Shown: positions 63,059 through 64,000 of the stretch, piece by piece
Position numbering within the stretch: the stretch's first letter is position 1
Layout: every line of letters begins with the position of its first letter
DNA from: Paraspadella gotoi
Lineage: Eukaryota; Animalia; Chaetognatha
Reading direction: 5' to 3'
Assembly: GCA_051294375.1 (NCBI GenBank)
Contig: CM119267.1
Location: 13,755,326-13,819,325, forward strand
DNA: 64,000 nucleotides
The notes under the pieces: model-generated
Told to the model about the DNA's origin: nothing
The model's input: only the letters and a program-made list of their open reading frames with translations
Databases searched by the model: none
Made by a program: the position numbers and the translations under genes

Positions 63059-64000
63059 AAAAAGTTAGAAGGCTTACATTAAAGCTGAAACATGTCCGCA
63101 ATTTGTTTCTTTATAAAACTCATACGTAAACAAACAATTCATTTTCAACCTCAAACATAAAAATAGCAATTAAAATAAATTTAAAACAATTATTATTATA
63201 AAATTATAAAATTTGTATTACTCAACAAAAAATATATATATTATTGCGCAAAGTGAGACTCGATGGCCCTATAGATGACGCAATGGTCCATTCAGCTACT
63301 ATTATTAGTAGTAGTTAGTCTTAAGCATCAATTCTTTCTACGAAATATAATTACCTAACCTATGCCGGTAATCTACTTTTAAGCGAAAACTCGTCATGTC
63401 TTAATAAAAACGTACTTAAGAAAAAAAAGGCGTTTTCATTTTTAGCTAGCTGTAATGTCGGTGCAAAATCGGCCAATGTTCTTAGAAAGCAATATTGAAA
63501 GTTGTACGAAAGATGTTATTTTCTTGATTTGTGATACAAAGACATTGACATTGCATTAGTAAATCAAATAGTGGCATTTAGTTCAGAACGAGCTTATTTG
63601 TACTTGCAGTATAATGACAAATATTTTTAGACATTTCAGAGAGATCGAATTTTATTTAAGTGATCAATTATACAATGTAAGTACATTTTAAAGCTACGTG
63701 CCCGAAATATTCGCTCTTTGAAATGTATTTAATATTTTTGGTTATCTTAAATCATTTTGCAGGTTGATTATGACGTCTCAACAAAAATTGCAATGCCAGA
63801 GAATTTCAGATGAATAACAACAAAACCCAGGGTATAATTTAAGAATAATTGATATCCAGTGCAAAAAGGTATGCTTCGTGATGCATTTAAACTTTAGGGG
63901 TATGATTTTGCTAACTTACTACTTAACATCAGACTATTCCACTTTTTAAAAAAAATACCAATTCCTTTCTATGTCTAGACTATTCAGGGATTGAAGTATC

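Noticed and set aside
63430-63870. Exon-like fragments near the right edge
   Set aside because: Splice signals are present but the joined frames hit stops and no recognisable product; not supportable.

Overview
AT-rich, intron-containing animal (invertebrate-type) genomic DNA with one assembly gap (56602-56791). Four spliced protein genes can be read: casein kinase I delta/epsilon (minus strand, 5' two exons only), a complete 15-exon Ttd14-like P-loop/CYTH gene, a TPR-like plus right-handed beta-helix protein, and a complete 5-exon sphingosine-1-phosphate phosphatase. The rest is mostly nested transposon debris: Helentron-associated HINE/DINE-1-like elements carrying satellites, TIR MITEs, Gypsy and Tc1/mariner relics, and Penelope-like foldback relics with minimal hammerhead ribozymes. 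The most notable signal is three distinct families (5 copies, plus 2 decayed relatives) of 230-290 bp solo-LTR-like insertions. They have 4-bp TSDs (exact in four copies) and TG..TA/TG..CA ends. Each carries a tRNA-like or A/B-box Pol III head followed on the same strand by a circularly permuted (type P5) twister ribozyme, whose T1 pseudoknot covaries between families and whose P1 is reduced to a short, often self-complementary segment. This looks like a twister-based, Pol III-driven retrozyme/TRIM system. All structure calls were made by eye and are untested.
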